From: Candidatus Eiseniibacteriota bacterium
GTDB lineage: Bacteria; Eisenbacteria; RBG-16-71-46
Direction of reading: 5' to 3'
Assembly: GCA_031370785.1 (NCBI GenBank)
Contig: JANMQY010000062.1
Location: 1-53,245, forward strand
DNA length: 53,245 bases
Shown piece after piece: positions 40,286 to 49,507 of this stretch (position 1 is its first letter; each line of letters begins with the position of its first letter). The position numbers were made by a program, and so were the translations under genes. The notes beneath the pieces were generated by a model that saw only the letters and a program-made list of their open reading frames with translations, was not told the DNA's origin and made no database searches.

Positions 40286-41341
40286 ATGCCCACCGATCCC
40301 GCCGAAGATCCCGAGCGTTTCCGCGCGCATGCCGCTCGCGAGATGGCGAGCATGTTCGACGACGTGTCGGGCCGCTACGACCTGCTGAACCGGCTGATGA
40401 CACTCGGCCAGGACGGCGAGTGGCGGCGCGTCATGTGGCGCGCGGTTCCCGAAGAGGCGCGCGCCGTGCTCGACCTGTGCACCGGCAACGGCGTCTCCCT
40501 GCCCGGCCTCATGCGGCCGGGCCGCACCGTGCTCGGTATGGACGTCAGCCTCGGGATGCTCCATCGCGCCGCGGGGCGCCAGGGCAGGCTCGGGTGGGCG
40601 CCGAGACTGGCGTGCGCCGACGCGTTTCGCCTTCCGTTGCGCAAGGGGGCGCTCGATGCGATCACGGTGGCCTTCGGCGTGCGAAATCTTCGGCCGCGCA
40701 CCGAGGCGATCGCCGAGATGAGCCGGGTGTTGCGTCCCGGAGGCACCCTGGTCGTGCTCGAGGCGGCCGCGCCACGACCCGGATGGTTCGCGCCGTTCCA
40801 TGCGTTTCATCTGCGCCGGATCGTGCCGCTGCTCGGGATGCTCTCGCCCGACCCGAGCGCCTACCGGTACCTGAGCTCCTCCATCTTCGAGTTCGGCGGG
40901 GGGCTCGAATTCGAGCGGGCGCTCCTCGCCGGAGGCTTTCTGGTGAGGGAACAGAGGTCTTTTTTACTCGGGGCGACCCGGCTGTGGGTTGCGCGCCGAG
41001 TCCTCGCGCCCGGCGAGATTCGTTCCGGTGAGGCAGCGGCATTGCAGATCGCATCGGGAGAGGGGCCGGCGCGCAGCGAAATGCCCCAAACCGACCCGAT
41101 GGCCGACCAGGAGTGGCGCTGGTGGATGGGCGCGCAGACCATGACCTCCGCGATCCTTTTTGGGGCATTGATTTACGGGCTGCACGTCTTTCTCAACTTG
41201 AACGCGGAGCTTCCGCTCGAGCCGTGGCAGCGTCGCGGGCTGCTGTTGCTTCTCGTCGGCGGCTGCGTCGGATTTGCGCTGCGAACCGGCTTGCTCGCGA
41301 CCCGATGGCTGGGGCCTCCGCGCCGGCGGCCGGGCCCCTGA
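40286..41341 (+). CDS. UbiE/MenG-family SAM methyltransferase with C-terminal two-helix membrane extension
   Basis: MFDDVSGRYDLLNRLMTLGQD, VLDLCTGNG, ITVAFGVRN, RVLRPGG, AYRYL; extra hydrophobic segments at the C-terminus. Confidence 0.8.
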   Translation: MPTDPAEDPERFRAHAAREMASMFDDVSGRYDLLNRLMTLGQDGEWRRVMWRAVPEEARAVLDLCTGNGVSLPGLMRPGRTVLGMDVSLGMLHRAAGRQGRLGWAPRLACADAFRLPLRKGALDAITVAFGVRNLRPRTEAIAEMSRVLRPGGTLVVLEAAAPRPGWFAPFHAFHLRRIVPLLGMLSPDPSAYRYLSSSIFEFGGGLEFERALLAGGFLVREQRSFLLGATRLWVARRVLAPGEIRSGEAAALQIASGEGPARSEMPQTDPMADQEWRWWMGAQTMTSAILFGALIYGLHVFLNLNAELPLEPWQRRGLLLLLVGGCVGFALRTGLLATRWLGPPRRRPGP

Positions 41342-41347
41342 GTCAAA

Positions 41348-41363
41348 TGGCACAGGCATTGCC
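41348..41363 (+). promoter_or_regulatory. Sigma54 (-24/-12) promoter
   Basis: TGGCAC-AGGCA-TTGC, matching TGGCAC-N5-TTGC with GG and GC 12 nt apart; intergenic, about 50 nt upstream of the GGDEF gene. Confidence 0.75.
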
Positions 41364-41410
41364 TAGTCATGTGGGACTCATTGCCTTGCACCCAACGGAA
41401 GACCCCTTCG

Positions 41411-42421
41411 ATGGCCAGCCACGAGAAGATCTTCGAGTGCCTGCTCGAACTTTCCTCGCGACCCGGCGCGCGTTCGCGCGGCGGGGTGATCGAGCAGGTG
41501 CTCCGCACCGCGTTGCTGCTGGCGGAGGCGGACGGCGCAGCCGCAGTCGTCGCGGCCGGCCGCCGCTGCGAGCGTCACGCGCTGGTGCGTGGTGAGGCCA
41601 CCCCTTCCAAGTCCGACCTGGCGCGCACCGGCACCGAGTTCGCGCGCCTGGTCTACCGGGCCGCGCAACCGATTCAGATGAGCGACTGTTCGACCGATCC
41701 GCGCATGGTGGCAGAGGATCGCTGCCCGGGCCTGGAAGCCGGCCCCGCGATGTTCGTTCCGCTGCGCCAGCGCGATCAGGCCGCCGGACATCTTGCGATC
41801 TATCGGCGGCGCGGCGCCGCGCCCTTCAACAACGCCGCGCTCAACGGAGCGATGATGCTCTCGGCCTGGGGCTCGCTCGCGCTCGAGAATCTGCGGCTCG
41901 GAGAGAACGTCGAACGCCTCGCGGTGACCGATGACCTCACCCAGGTCTACAACTACCGTTTCCTCAAGAGCGCGCTGCGGCGCGAGATCAAGCGTGCCGG
42001 CCGATTCCGCCAGGACCTGTCGCTGATCATGATCGATGTCGACAATCTCAAGGGTTATAACGACCGGCACGGACACCTGCGTGGCAGCTTCCTTCTCAAG
42101 GAGGTCGCCGGCCTGCTCGCCGAGCAGGTGCGCTCGTTCGATCTGGTTGCGAAGTACGGCGGCGACGAGTTCACGCTGATCCTGCCGCAGACCGCGCGCG
42201 AAGGCGCGATGGTGGTCGCCGAGCGCGTTCGCGCCGCGGTCGCCGAGCACGCCTTCCCGCTCGCGCCCCCCGGGCGCATCACGGTGAGCCTGGGGGTTGC
42301 GTTGTTTCCGGGGGACGGTACCGACATCAACAGCCTGATCCAGGCAGCGGATCGGGCTCTGTATCTGGCCAAGCAGGCAGGGCGTAATCGGGTCGAGACT
42401 CTGCGGAGTCAGGCAGCATGA
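41411..42421 (+). CDS. GAF-GGDEF diguanylate cyclase
   Basis: TDDLTQVYN, IDVDNLKGYNDRHGHLRG, RSFD I-site, KYGGDEF, ADRALYLAKQAGRN; N-terminal GAF domain. Confidence 0.92.
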   Translation: MASHEKIFECLLELSSRPGARSRGGVIEQVLRTALLLAEADGAAAVVAAGRRCERHALVRGEATPSKSDLARTGTEFARLVYRAAQPIQMSDCSTDPRMVAEDRCPGLEAGPAMFVPLRQRDQAAGHLAIYRRRGAAPFNNAALNGAMMLSAWGSLALENLRLGENVERLAVTDDLTQVYNYRFLKSALRREIKRAGRFRQDLSLIMIDVDNLKGYNDRHGHLRGSFLLKEVAGLLAEQVRSFDLVAKYGGDEFTLILPQTAREGAMVVAERVRAAVAEHAFPLAPPGRITVSLGVALFPGDGTDINSLIQAADRALYLAKQAGRNRVETLRSQAA

Positions 42422-42438
42422 GTGCTCGGGCCGATGCT

Positions 42439-42468
42439 TTGACCCTGTTCCGACACGGCTGGTAGACT
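42439..42468 (+). promoter_or_regulatory. Sigma70-type promoter for the sugar-modification genes
   Basis: TTGACC-N18-TAGACT with extended TG. Confidence 0.5.
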
Positions 42469-42529
42469 CCGCCGTTCGGACGCGAGTCGAGCGTCCGTTT
42501 TTGCTGTGAAATCCATTCGGAGGGATCCC

Positions 42530-43567
42530 GTGTCGGATCAGATCGGCATCGCGGTCGTAGGAACCGGCGACTGGGGTGCAAACCTGGTGCGCAACTTCGC
42601 GAGCGTCAAAGGCGCGAAGCTGACCGCGCTGTGCGACAACGACCCTGGACGCCTGGCGAAGACCGCAGCGCAGTATCCGGGAGTGAGGACCTACGCGTCG
42701 ATCGAGGCGTTGCTCAAGGCCGACGACGTGCAGGCAGTGGTGGTCTCCGCCTCGGCGGTGAGCCACTATCCGCTTGCGAAACCCGTGCTCGAGTCCGGCC
42801 GGGACGTTTACGTCGAGAAGCCGCTCGCGCTCCAGGTGGATCAGGCCGAGGAGCTGGTGCGCCTCGCCAGGGCGCGCGGCCGGATCCTCATGGTCGGGCA
42901 CCTGCTGCTCTATCACCCGGGCGTCCAATACTTGAAGAAGATGGTCAAGAACGGCGAGCTGGGGGAGCTGTTCTACATCTACTGCCAGCGCGTCAACCTC
43001 GGCAAGGTGCGCAAGGACGAGAACGCGCTGTGGAGCTTCGCTCCGCACGACCTTTCGGTCGTGCTCCACCTGCTCGAGATGGAGCCGCTCGACGTGGTCG
43101 CGCGCGGCTCGGCGTTCCTCCAGCCGAAGGTCGAAGACGTGGTGTTCGTGGACCTGCGTTTCCCCGGCGGCAAGATGGCGCACGTGCACGTTTCGTGGCT
43201 CGATCCGCACAAGCTGCGCAAGTTCACCGTGGTCGGCAGCCAGAAGATGGTAGTTTTCGACGACATGGAAGCGAGCGAGAAGATCCGGATCTACGACAAG
43301 GGCGTGGACAAGTCGGGGCAGGTGGTCTCGTACGGCGATTCGCTCACGGTGCGCACCGGCGACATCCTGATCCCGAAGATCTCGCTGCAGGAGCCGCTGC
43401 GCATCGAATGCCAGCATTTTGTGGACTGCGTTCGCGACCGGAAAACGCCGCTCACCGACGGGCTCGACGGCCTCCGTGTGGTCAAGGTGCTGGATGCGGC
43501 TCAGAAGTCGCTCGAGCGCGGCGGCGCACCGGTCGCGATCGCCCCGATCGCCGCGGAGGTCGCATGA
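42530..43567 (+). CDS. Gfo/Idh/MocA oxidoreductase (WbpB-like nucleotide-sugar dehydrogenase)
   Basis: IAVVGTGDWG, YVEKPL, MVGH, WSFAPHD; GTG start after GGAGG. Confidence 0.85.
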   Translation: MSDQIGIAVVGTGDWGANLVRNFASVKGAKLTALCDNDPGRLAKTAAQYPGVRTYASIEALLKADDVQAVVVSASAVSHYPLAKPVLESGRDVYVEKPLALQVDQAEELVRLARARGRILMVGHLLLYHPGVQYLKKMVKNGELGELFYIYCQRVNLGKVRKDENALWSFAPHDLSVVLHLLEMEPLDVVARGSAFLQPKVEDVVFVDLRFPGGKMAHVHVSWLDPHKLRKFTVVGSQKMVVFDDMEASEKIRIYDKGVDKSGQVVSYGDSLTVRTGDILIPKISLQEPLRIECQHFVDCVRDRKTPLTDGLDGLRVVKVLDAAQKSLERGGAPVAIAPIAAEVA

Positions 43568-44322
43568 GCTCCGCGGTCCATCCCAGCGCGACGCTGGGCG
43601 CAGGCACCACGCTCGGCGAAGGGTGCGTGATCGGCCCGAACGTTTCGCTTGGCGACGGATGCCGGGTCGGCCATCTGGTGGTGATCCACGAGGGCACCCG
43701 GATTGGCAACCAGGTGCGGATCGACGATCACGCCACGCTCGGCAAGCTGCCGATGAGGGCCGCGAATTCCGCGACCACCAAGGAGCAGGAATTACCACCG
43801 CTCGAGGTGGGGGAGCTGTGCATCGTGGGCACCGGAGTGGTGCTCTACCGGGGCGCGAAGATCGAGGGCAAGGTGCTGATGGCCGATCTGAGCACGGTGC
43901 GCGAGAACGTCCGGATCGGGCGCGGAACCATCGTCGGCCGCGGCGTCACGGTCGAGAATTTCTGTGAGGTCGGAAGGTTCTGCAAGCTCGAGAGCGAAAG
44001 CTACCTGTGCGCCTACTCGAAGCTCGAGGATCGGGTGTTCATCGCTCCGGGCGTCGTGACCTCGAACGACAACTTCGTGGGCCGCACCCAGGAGCGATTC
44101 AAGCATTTCAAGGGCGTCACCGTGAAGAAAGGCGGGCGCATCGGGGCCGGCAGCGTGACGCTGCCCGGGATCACGGTCGGCGAAGACGCGCTGGTGGCCG
44201 CGGGCTCGGTGGTCACCAGGGACGTCCCGGCTCGCAAAGTGGTGGTCGGATCGCCGGCGCGTGTCTGGCGCGACGTTCCGGTCGAACAGCTGCTCGAAAA
44301 TCAGGGCTGGGTCGATTCCTGA
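43564..44322 (+). CDS. Hexapeptide-repeat N-acetyltransferase (WbpD-like)
   Basis: VHPSATLGAGTTLG…, VFIAPGVVTSND, IGAGSVTLPGITVG…AAGSVVTRDVP…GSPAR. Confidence 0.85.
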   Translation: MSSAVHPSATLGAGTTLGEGCVIGPNVSLGDGCRVGHLVVIHEGTRIGNQVRIDDHATLGKLPMRAANSATTKEQELPPLEVGELCIVGTGVVLYRGAKIEGKVLMADLSTVRENVRIGRGTIVGRGVTVENFCEVGRFCKLESESYLCAYSKLEDRVFIAPGVVTSNDNFVGRTQERFKHFKGVTVKKGGRIGAGSVTLPGITVGEDALVAAGSVVTRDVPARKVVVGSPARVWRDVPVEQLLENQGWVDS

Positions 44323-44354
44323 GACCCGGCAGTACTACTCAAGGAGACCGTGAC

Positions 44355-45485
44355 ATGTGTGCAATGCCGACCCGCGCCGCGATGACCGTGCCGCTGCTCG
44401 ACCTCAAGGCTCAATACACCGACATCCGGACCGACATCGACAACGCCGTGCGCTCGGTGATGGAGAGCACGCGCTTCATCGGCGGCCCCGAGGTGACCGG
44501 GCTCGAGGAAGAAGTCGCGCGCTACTCACAGTGCGCCCACGGCATCGGCTGCGCCTCGGGCACCGACGCGCTGCTGCTCGCGCTGCGCGCGCTCAACATC
44601 GGGCCGGGCGACGAGGTGATCACCACCGCGTACTCGTTCTTCGCCAGCGCCGGCACCATCGCCAATGTCGGCGGAACGCCGGTGTTCGTGGACATCGATC
44701 CGCGTACCTACAATCTCGACCCGCATCGACTCGAGGCCGCGATCACCGCGCGCACCAAAGCGGTGGTGGCCGTGCACCTGTACGGGCAGTGCTGCGACCT
44801 GGCCGCGGTGAAAGCGATCTGCGACAAGCGCAAACTGTTCCTGATCGAGGACGCGGCCCAGGCGATCGGCGCGGAGTGGGAGGGAAAGCGCGCGGGCTCG
44901 GTCGGCGACTTCGGAGCCTTCTCGTTCTTTCCCTCCAAGAACCTGGGCGCAGCCGGTGATGGCGGCATGATCGTGACCGGCAATGTCGAGCTTGCCGACA
45001 AGGTCCGGCTGCTGCGCGAACACGGAGCGCGGCCCAAGTACCATCACTCGATCGTGGGCACCAACTCGCGGCTGGATGCGCTGCAGGCAGCGCTCTTGCG
45101 GGTGAAGCTGCGCCACCTCGACCGGTGGAGCGAGGCTCGGGCGCGCAACGCCGCGCTGTACGACTCGCTGTTCGAGGGGTCACGGGTCGGCAGGCCGTAT
45201 CACGACCCGCGCACGCGCCACATCTATAACCAGTACGTGATCCGGGTGCCGAAGCGCGACGAGCTGCGCCAGTTCATGGCGGATCGCGGCGTCGGCACCG
45301 AGGTGTACTACCCGGTGCCGCTGCACCTTCAGAAGTGCTTCTCGATGCTGGGACACAAGGTCGGCGACATGCCGCATTCCGAGGCCGCCGCCAGAGAGAC
45401 CCTGGCGCTACCCATCTATCCCGAGCTCAGCGAGGAACAGATCCGTTACGTCGCGGCGAACGTCCGCGACTTCATCGATCAGTAG
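44355..45485 (+). CDS. DegT/DnrJ/EryC1/StrS aminotransferase (WbpE-like)
   Basis: VPLLDLKAQY, SGTDAL, VHLYGQ, IEDAAQA, SFFPSKNLG, NSRLDALQA, YYPVPLH. Confidence 0.92.
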   Translation: MCAMPTRAAMTVPLLDLKAQYTDIRTDIDNAVRSVMESTRFIGGPEVTGLEEEVARYSQCAHGIGCASGTDALLLALRALNIGPGDEVITTAYSFFASAGTIANVGGTPVFVDIDPRTYNLDPHRLEAAITARTKAVVAVHLYGQCCDLAAVKAICDKRKLFLIEDAAQAIGAEWEGKRAGSVGDFGAFSFFPSKNLGAAGDGGMIVTGNVELADKVRLLREHGARPKYHHSIVGTNSRLDALQAALLRVKLRHLDRWSEARARNAALYDSLFEGSRVGRPYHDPRTRHIYNQYVIRVPKRDELRQFMADRGVGTEVYYPVPLHLQKCFSMLGHKVGDMPHSEAAARETLALPIYPELSEEQIRYVAANVRDFIDQ

Positions 45486-45597
45486 GGAGTTCGCAGCAAG
45501 GTCGGCGCACCACCCCCTTCCCGCCCGAGGCGGTGTGCCGATTCACCTAAGAGCCGCGCGTCGGCATGCCCTGCGCCGACGCCGTGAACCAAGGTTC

Positions 45598-47556
45598 ATG
45601 ACGGCTCCCAGGAACGAACACGACATCGATCCGGTGCAGGATCTCCTGCGCCGGGTGGACGAAGTGCGTGGTCTATCCGACCGGAGCGAGACGCGCACCG
45701 CGCTCGATCCGGCCGACAGCCAGGCGCTGCTCCATACCCTCCGCGAGCTGGTGGAGGAGCTGGAGCGGAGCCATCGCCGGCTGATCGAGACCAACGTGCA
45801 GCTGGTCTCGCTGCGCGAGGTCGCGAGCCACATGACGGGCTCGCAGGACGTCGGCGAGACCACACGCACCGTCACGCGCTACCTGTGCCGCGCGTTCGGC
45901 TTCGAGAATGTGTTCCTGCTCCTGATCAACCGCGAAACCGGCCGGCTCGAGGGGACGTGGACGCGGCGCGACGGCGAGCGCGATCACAGCGCCGCACTCG
46001 AGGTCGAGCTGGTCGGGGACCCGGGCACGATCGCGCGCTCGATGTGGCTCAATCGCACCACGACCCAGCACCAGGCGCAGCACCATCCGCCGTTCGCGGT
46101 GCCGGACGGCCATCCGCTTCAGGACTCGCTCGCCGCACTCGGCGGGCTGGTGAGCGTGCCACTGCAGCGCAGCCACGCCGTGCTCCCGACCGGCGAGGCC
46201 CACGAAGTGTGCGGGCCGCGCTGCATTCTCGGCGAAGCTTCCTTGCTCGCCCCGCCGCCCGGCGCGGCGGCCGACACCTGGGCGCACGAGCGCGAAGCGC
46301 GCCAGCGCCACTGCCTCGCCTGCGACCTCATGCCCATGCTCGGCGTGATCGGGGTGGCGCGGCCGCAGGGCGCGGCGCCGCTCCAGAGCGGGGACGTGAC
46401 CCTGATCGAATCGATCGCGCTGTCGGTGGCGCCAGTGGTCGAGAACGCGCGCCTCTACCAGGAGCTGCGCAAGAGCGAACGGTTCCGCGAGCACGTGCTC
46501 AACAGCATGGCGAGCGGGCTCGCGGTCGTGAACATGAAGGGGGAGATCCTCGCCTTCAATCGCGCGGCCGAGGCGCTGCTCGGCTTCTCGGAATCCGAGG
46601 TACTGAGCCAGCCGTTCGGCGCGCTGTTCGGCGCCGAGGGCGAGAGCCAGCTGCATGCCACGCTCGAGCACGGCCGCGAGGCCCTGCGCGAGGAGACGCT
46701 GTTGCGCGCCCGTGACGGCTCGCCGGTGCCGGTGAGTCTGACCACCTCGCTGCTGCGCAGCGAGCGGCGCACGGTTTACGGCGCAATCGCAACCTTCATG
46801 GATCTGACCCCGCTCAAGCGGGCCGAGGACAACGCGCGGCGGCTCGATCGGCTGGCCGCGCTCGGCCGCTTCACCTCGAGCGTCGCGCATGAGATCCGCA
46901 ATCCCCTGACCGGGATCGCGGCCGGAGTCCAGTACCTGGCGCGGGCGATGGAAGCCGACGCGCCGGCCCGCGAGCACCTGAGCTTCATCCTCAGCGAGAT
47001 CAAGCGTCTGGACCGGATCGTGCAGGACCTGTTCGACATCACCCATCCGCGCGGACTGCAGACCCGGACCGCGCCGCTCGACGAGACCGCGGCCCGCGCG
47101 ATCCAGCTGCTGCGCGCGCTCACCGAGGAGCGCGGAGTGACGCTGAAGATCGACATCGCCCCACGCACGCCCGCGGTGCCGCACGACCCCGATCAGCTCG
47201 AGCAGGTGATCATCAACCTCATCAAGAACGCGGTCGAGGCCTCGACCCCGGGCCAGACCGTGCACCTGAGCCTCGAGCCCGCGATGGCCCCGCGCGTCGC
47301 GCGCCGCCGCGCGGTCGGTCCGACCGGCGTGCTGATGCGGGTGCGCGACGAGGGTTCGGGCATCTCGATCGAGGATCTCAAGACCATCTTCGAGCCGTTC
47401 TTCACCACCAAGCCCGGAGGCACCGGCCTCGGGCTCTACATCTGCCACGACATCGTCAAGCGCCACGGCGGCGGACTCACCGTACAGAGCGAGCCCGGGC
47501 GCGGTACCACGTTCACGCTGGAACTGCCGCTGGAGCACAACGGAGGAACACCATGA
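45598..47556 (+). CDS. Cytoplasmic GAF-PAS sensor histidine kinase (NtrB-like)
   Basis: H-box AHEIRNPL, N-box LIKNAVEA, DEGSGI, FFTTKPGGTGLGL; PAS (FNRAAEALLG); no obvious TM segment. Confidence 0.92.
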   Translation: MTAPRNEHDIDPVQDLLRRVDEVRGLSDRSETRTALDPADSQALLHTLRELVEELERSHRRLIETNVQLVSLREVASHMTGSQDVGETTRTVTRYLCRAFGFENVFLLLINRETGRLEGTWTRRDGERDHSAALEVELVGDPGTIARSMWLNRTTTQHQAQHHPPFAVPDGHPLQDSLAALGGLVSVPLQRSHAVLPTGEAHEVCGPRCILGEASLLAPPPGAAADTWAHEREARQRHCLACDLMPMLGVIGVARPQGAAPLQSGDVTLIESIALSVAPVVENARLYQELRKSERFREHVLNSMASGLAVVNMKGEILAFNRAAEALLGFSESEVLSQPFGALFGAEGESQLHATLEHGREALREETLLRARDGSPVPVSLTTSLLRSERRTVYGAIATFMDLTPLKRAEDNARRLDRLAALGRFTSSVAHEIRNPLTGIAAGVQYLARAMEADAPAREHLSFILSEIKRLDRIVQDLFDITHPRGLQTRTAPLDETAARAIQLLRALTEERGVTLKIDIAPRTPAVPHDPDQLEQVIINLIKNAVEASTPGQTVHLSLEPAMAPRVARRRAVGPTGVLMRVRDEGSGISIEDLKTIFEPFFTTKPGGTGLGLYICHDIVKRHGGGLTVQSEPGRGTTFTLELPLEHNGGTP

Positions 47557-48977
47557 GCAAGGCCAATATTCTGGTCGTCGATGACCAGGACTCGATTCGA
47601 CATTTCGTGAGCCGCGCGCTCGAAGACGAAGGCTACACCGTGCAGGTCACGAGCTCGGTGCGCGAGACCCGCGAGGCGCTGGACAAGGACATGCCCGACG
47701 TCGCGATTCTCGACCTCAAGCTTCCCGACGGGACCGGGCTCGAGCTGCTGCGCGAGATCAAGCGCGTACAGCCGGAGGTGTCGGTCATCCTGATGACCGC
47801 TTTCGGCGAGCTGGAGACCGCGGTCGAGGCGATGAGCGCCGGCGCGTTCTGGTTCGTGAAGAAGCCGTTTCAGAACGAGGAGCTGCTCGCGCTGGTCGCG
47901 CGCGCCCTGGACTCGCAGAAGCTGTGGCACGAGCTGCGCCGGCTTCGCCACCACGCGTTCGCCGACGAGGACTTCCTGCACTCTTCGAGCCCGCCGATGC
48001 AAGAGGCCTATGCAATCGCCGAGCAGGTGGCGTGCGGTGACACCACCAGCGTCCTGATCGAGGGCGAGAGCGGAACCGGCAAGGAGTACTTCGCGAATCT
48101 CATCCACCGGATGAGCGCGCGGCACGACAAGCCGTTCGTGGAGATCAACTGCGCCGCGATCCCGAGCGAGCTGCTCGAGAGCGAGCTGTTCGGGCACGAG
48201 AAGGGCGCGTTCACCGACGCGCGCACCCAGAAGCTGGGCCTGATGGAGCTGGCCAGCGGCGGCACGCTGTTCCTGGACGAGATCGGTGAGATGGCTCCAA
48301 TGCTGCAGGTCAAGCTGCTGCGCGTGCTCGAGCGCCGCACGTTCAAGCGGGTCGGCGGGACCAAGGACATCACCGTGAATCTGCGCGTGATCTCGGCGAC
48401 CAATCAGGATCTCGAGAAGATGGTGAAGGAGGGAGGGTTCCGCGAAGATCTGTACTACCGTCTCAAGGTCGTGCCGCTCTACGTTCCCGCGCTGCGCGAC
48501 CGCAAGGAAGACATCCTGCCGCTGTCGCGCCTGTTCATGGAGCGCTTCACCCGTCAGTTCAAGAAGGCGTTCCGCGACATGACGCCGGCCGCCGAGCGGC
48601 TGCTGACCGACTACCCGTGGCCGGGCAACATCCGAGAGCTGCGCAATCTATTCGAGCGCACCGTGCTGCTCGAGAGTGGTGAGACGCTCGAGCCGCGTCA
48701 CCTGAAGCTCGCGCCGCGCACGCGCGCGGCGGTCGAGGCGACGATCGGACAGCGCATCGACGAGTTCGTGAGCGGCACGCTGCCCGAGGCCGGCATTCCG
48801 TTCGAGACGCTGGTCGAGGAGCTGGAGCGCGCCTTGATTCTGCGTGCCTCATATGCTACCAAGTGGAATCAGAGTCGCACGGCGGAGATGCTTCGGCTGA
48901 AGCGCGACAAGCTCCGCTACCGGATGAAGCTCTACCAGCTCCAGCCGGACGACGAGGCGGCCACCCACTCGGAATAG
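47553..48977 (+). CDS. Sigma54-dependent response regulator (NtrC/AtoC family: REC-AAA+-HTH)
   Basis: ILVVDD…[47 protein letters not shown], Fis-type HTH. Confidence 0.94.
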   Translation: MSKANILVVDDQDSIRHFVSRALEDEGYTVQVTSSVRETREALDKDMPDVAILDLKLPDGTGLELLREIKRVQPEVSVILMTAFGELETAVEAMSAGAFWFVKKPFQNEELLALVARALDSQKLWHELRRLRHHAFADEDFLHSSSPPMQEAYAIAEQVACGDTTSVLIEGESGTGKEYFANLIHRMSARHDKPFVEINCAAIPSELLESELFGHEKGAFTDARTQKLGLMELASGGTLFLDEIGEMAPMLQVKLLRVLERRTFKRVGGTKDITVNLRVISATNQDLEKMVKEGGFREDLYYRLKVVPLYVPALRDRKEDILPLSRLFMERFTRQFKKAFRDMTPAAERLLTDYPWPGNIRELRNLFERTVLLESGETLEPRHLKLAPRTRAAVEATIGQRIDEFVSGTLPEAGIPFETLVEELERALILRASYATKWNQSRTAEMLRLKRDKLRYRMKLYQLQPDDEAATHSE

Positions 48978-48988
48978 GTCCTCCAGAC

Positions 48989-49507
48989 TTGAATCGACGC
49001 GCGGGCAGCTTCGGTCTCCTTTTCACGGTCGCGGCGCTGCTCGCGGGCTCGTGCGCCTACACCACGAACACCGCGCTGCTGCCGTCGCATCTGAAGACGG
49101 TCGCGATCCCGGTGTTCGAGAACGCGACCACCGAATACACGCTCGAACAGCAGGTCACCGACGCCGTGATCCAGCGCTTTGTGGCCGACAACCACCTCAA
49201 GGTGGTGGACGAGCGATCCGCGGATGCGGTGCTCAAGGGTAAGATCACGCTCTACCGGAACGCGGTGTTCGGCTTCTCCGAGCAGGTCAAGGCGCAGGAG
49301 TATCGGGTCACGATCGCGGTCGCGGTCGTGTTCAAGGACCAGGTGAAGAACCGCGAGATCTGGGCCGACCCGAACATCGTCAAGACCGCGAACTACTACG
49401 TGCAGGACGTGCCCGGCCAGACCGCGAAGACCGAGCTCGACGGCCGCCAGGAAGCCATTACGAAGATCGCCGATGAAATTCTCAGCCGCTCGGTCGAAGG
49501 CTGGTAG
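48989..49507 (+). CDS. lptE: LptE-family LPS-assembly lipoprotein
   Basis: Lipoprotein-like signal ending LLAGSC; LPSHLKTVAIPVFEN…ADAVLKGKI; adjacent to holA and leuS; TTG start inferred. Confidence 0.75.
   Translation: MNRRAGSFGLLFTVAALLAGSCAYTTNTALLPSHLKTVAIPVFENATTEYTLEQQVTDAVIQRFVADNHLKVVDERSADAVLKGKITLYRNAVFGFSEQVKAQEYRVTIAVAVVFKDQVKNREIWADPNIVKTANYYVQDVPGQTAKTELDGRQEAITKIADEILSRSVEGW

Noticed and set aside
40182..41341. tRNA-Arg (and tRNA-Val) as prophage or island integration sites
   Set aside because: No integrase, no duplicated tRNA 3' end noticed and no obvious compositional shift nearby.
41378..43798. 806-aa minus-strand ORF
   Set aside because: Antisense to the GGDEF and oxidoreductase genes; no protein-family signal.
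45501..45580. Two GC-rich hairpins between the aminotransferase and kinase genes
   Set aside because: No U tract or recognisable riboswitch features; such stems are expected by chance at this GC content.
48199..48225. GAFTDA instead of GAFTGA as a sign of a sigma54-independent regulator
   Set aside because: The key F and T residues are retained, so this single substitution is not evidence of lost sigma54 contact.
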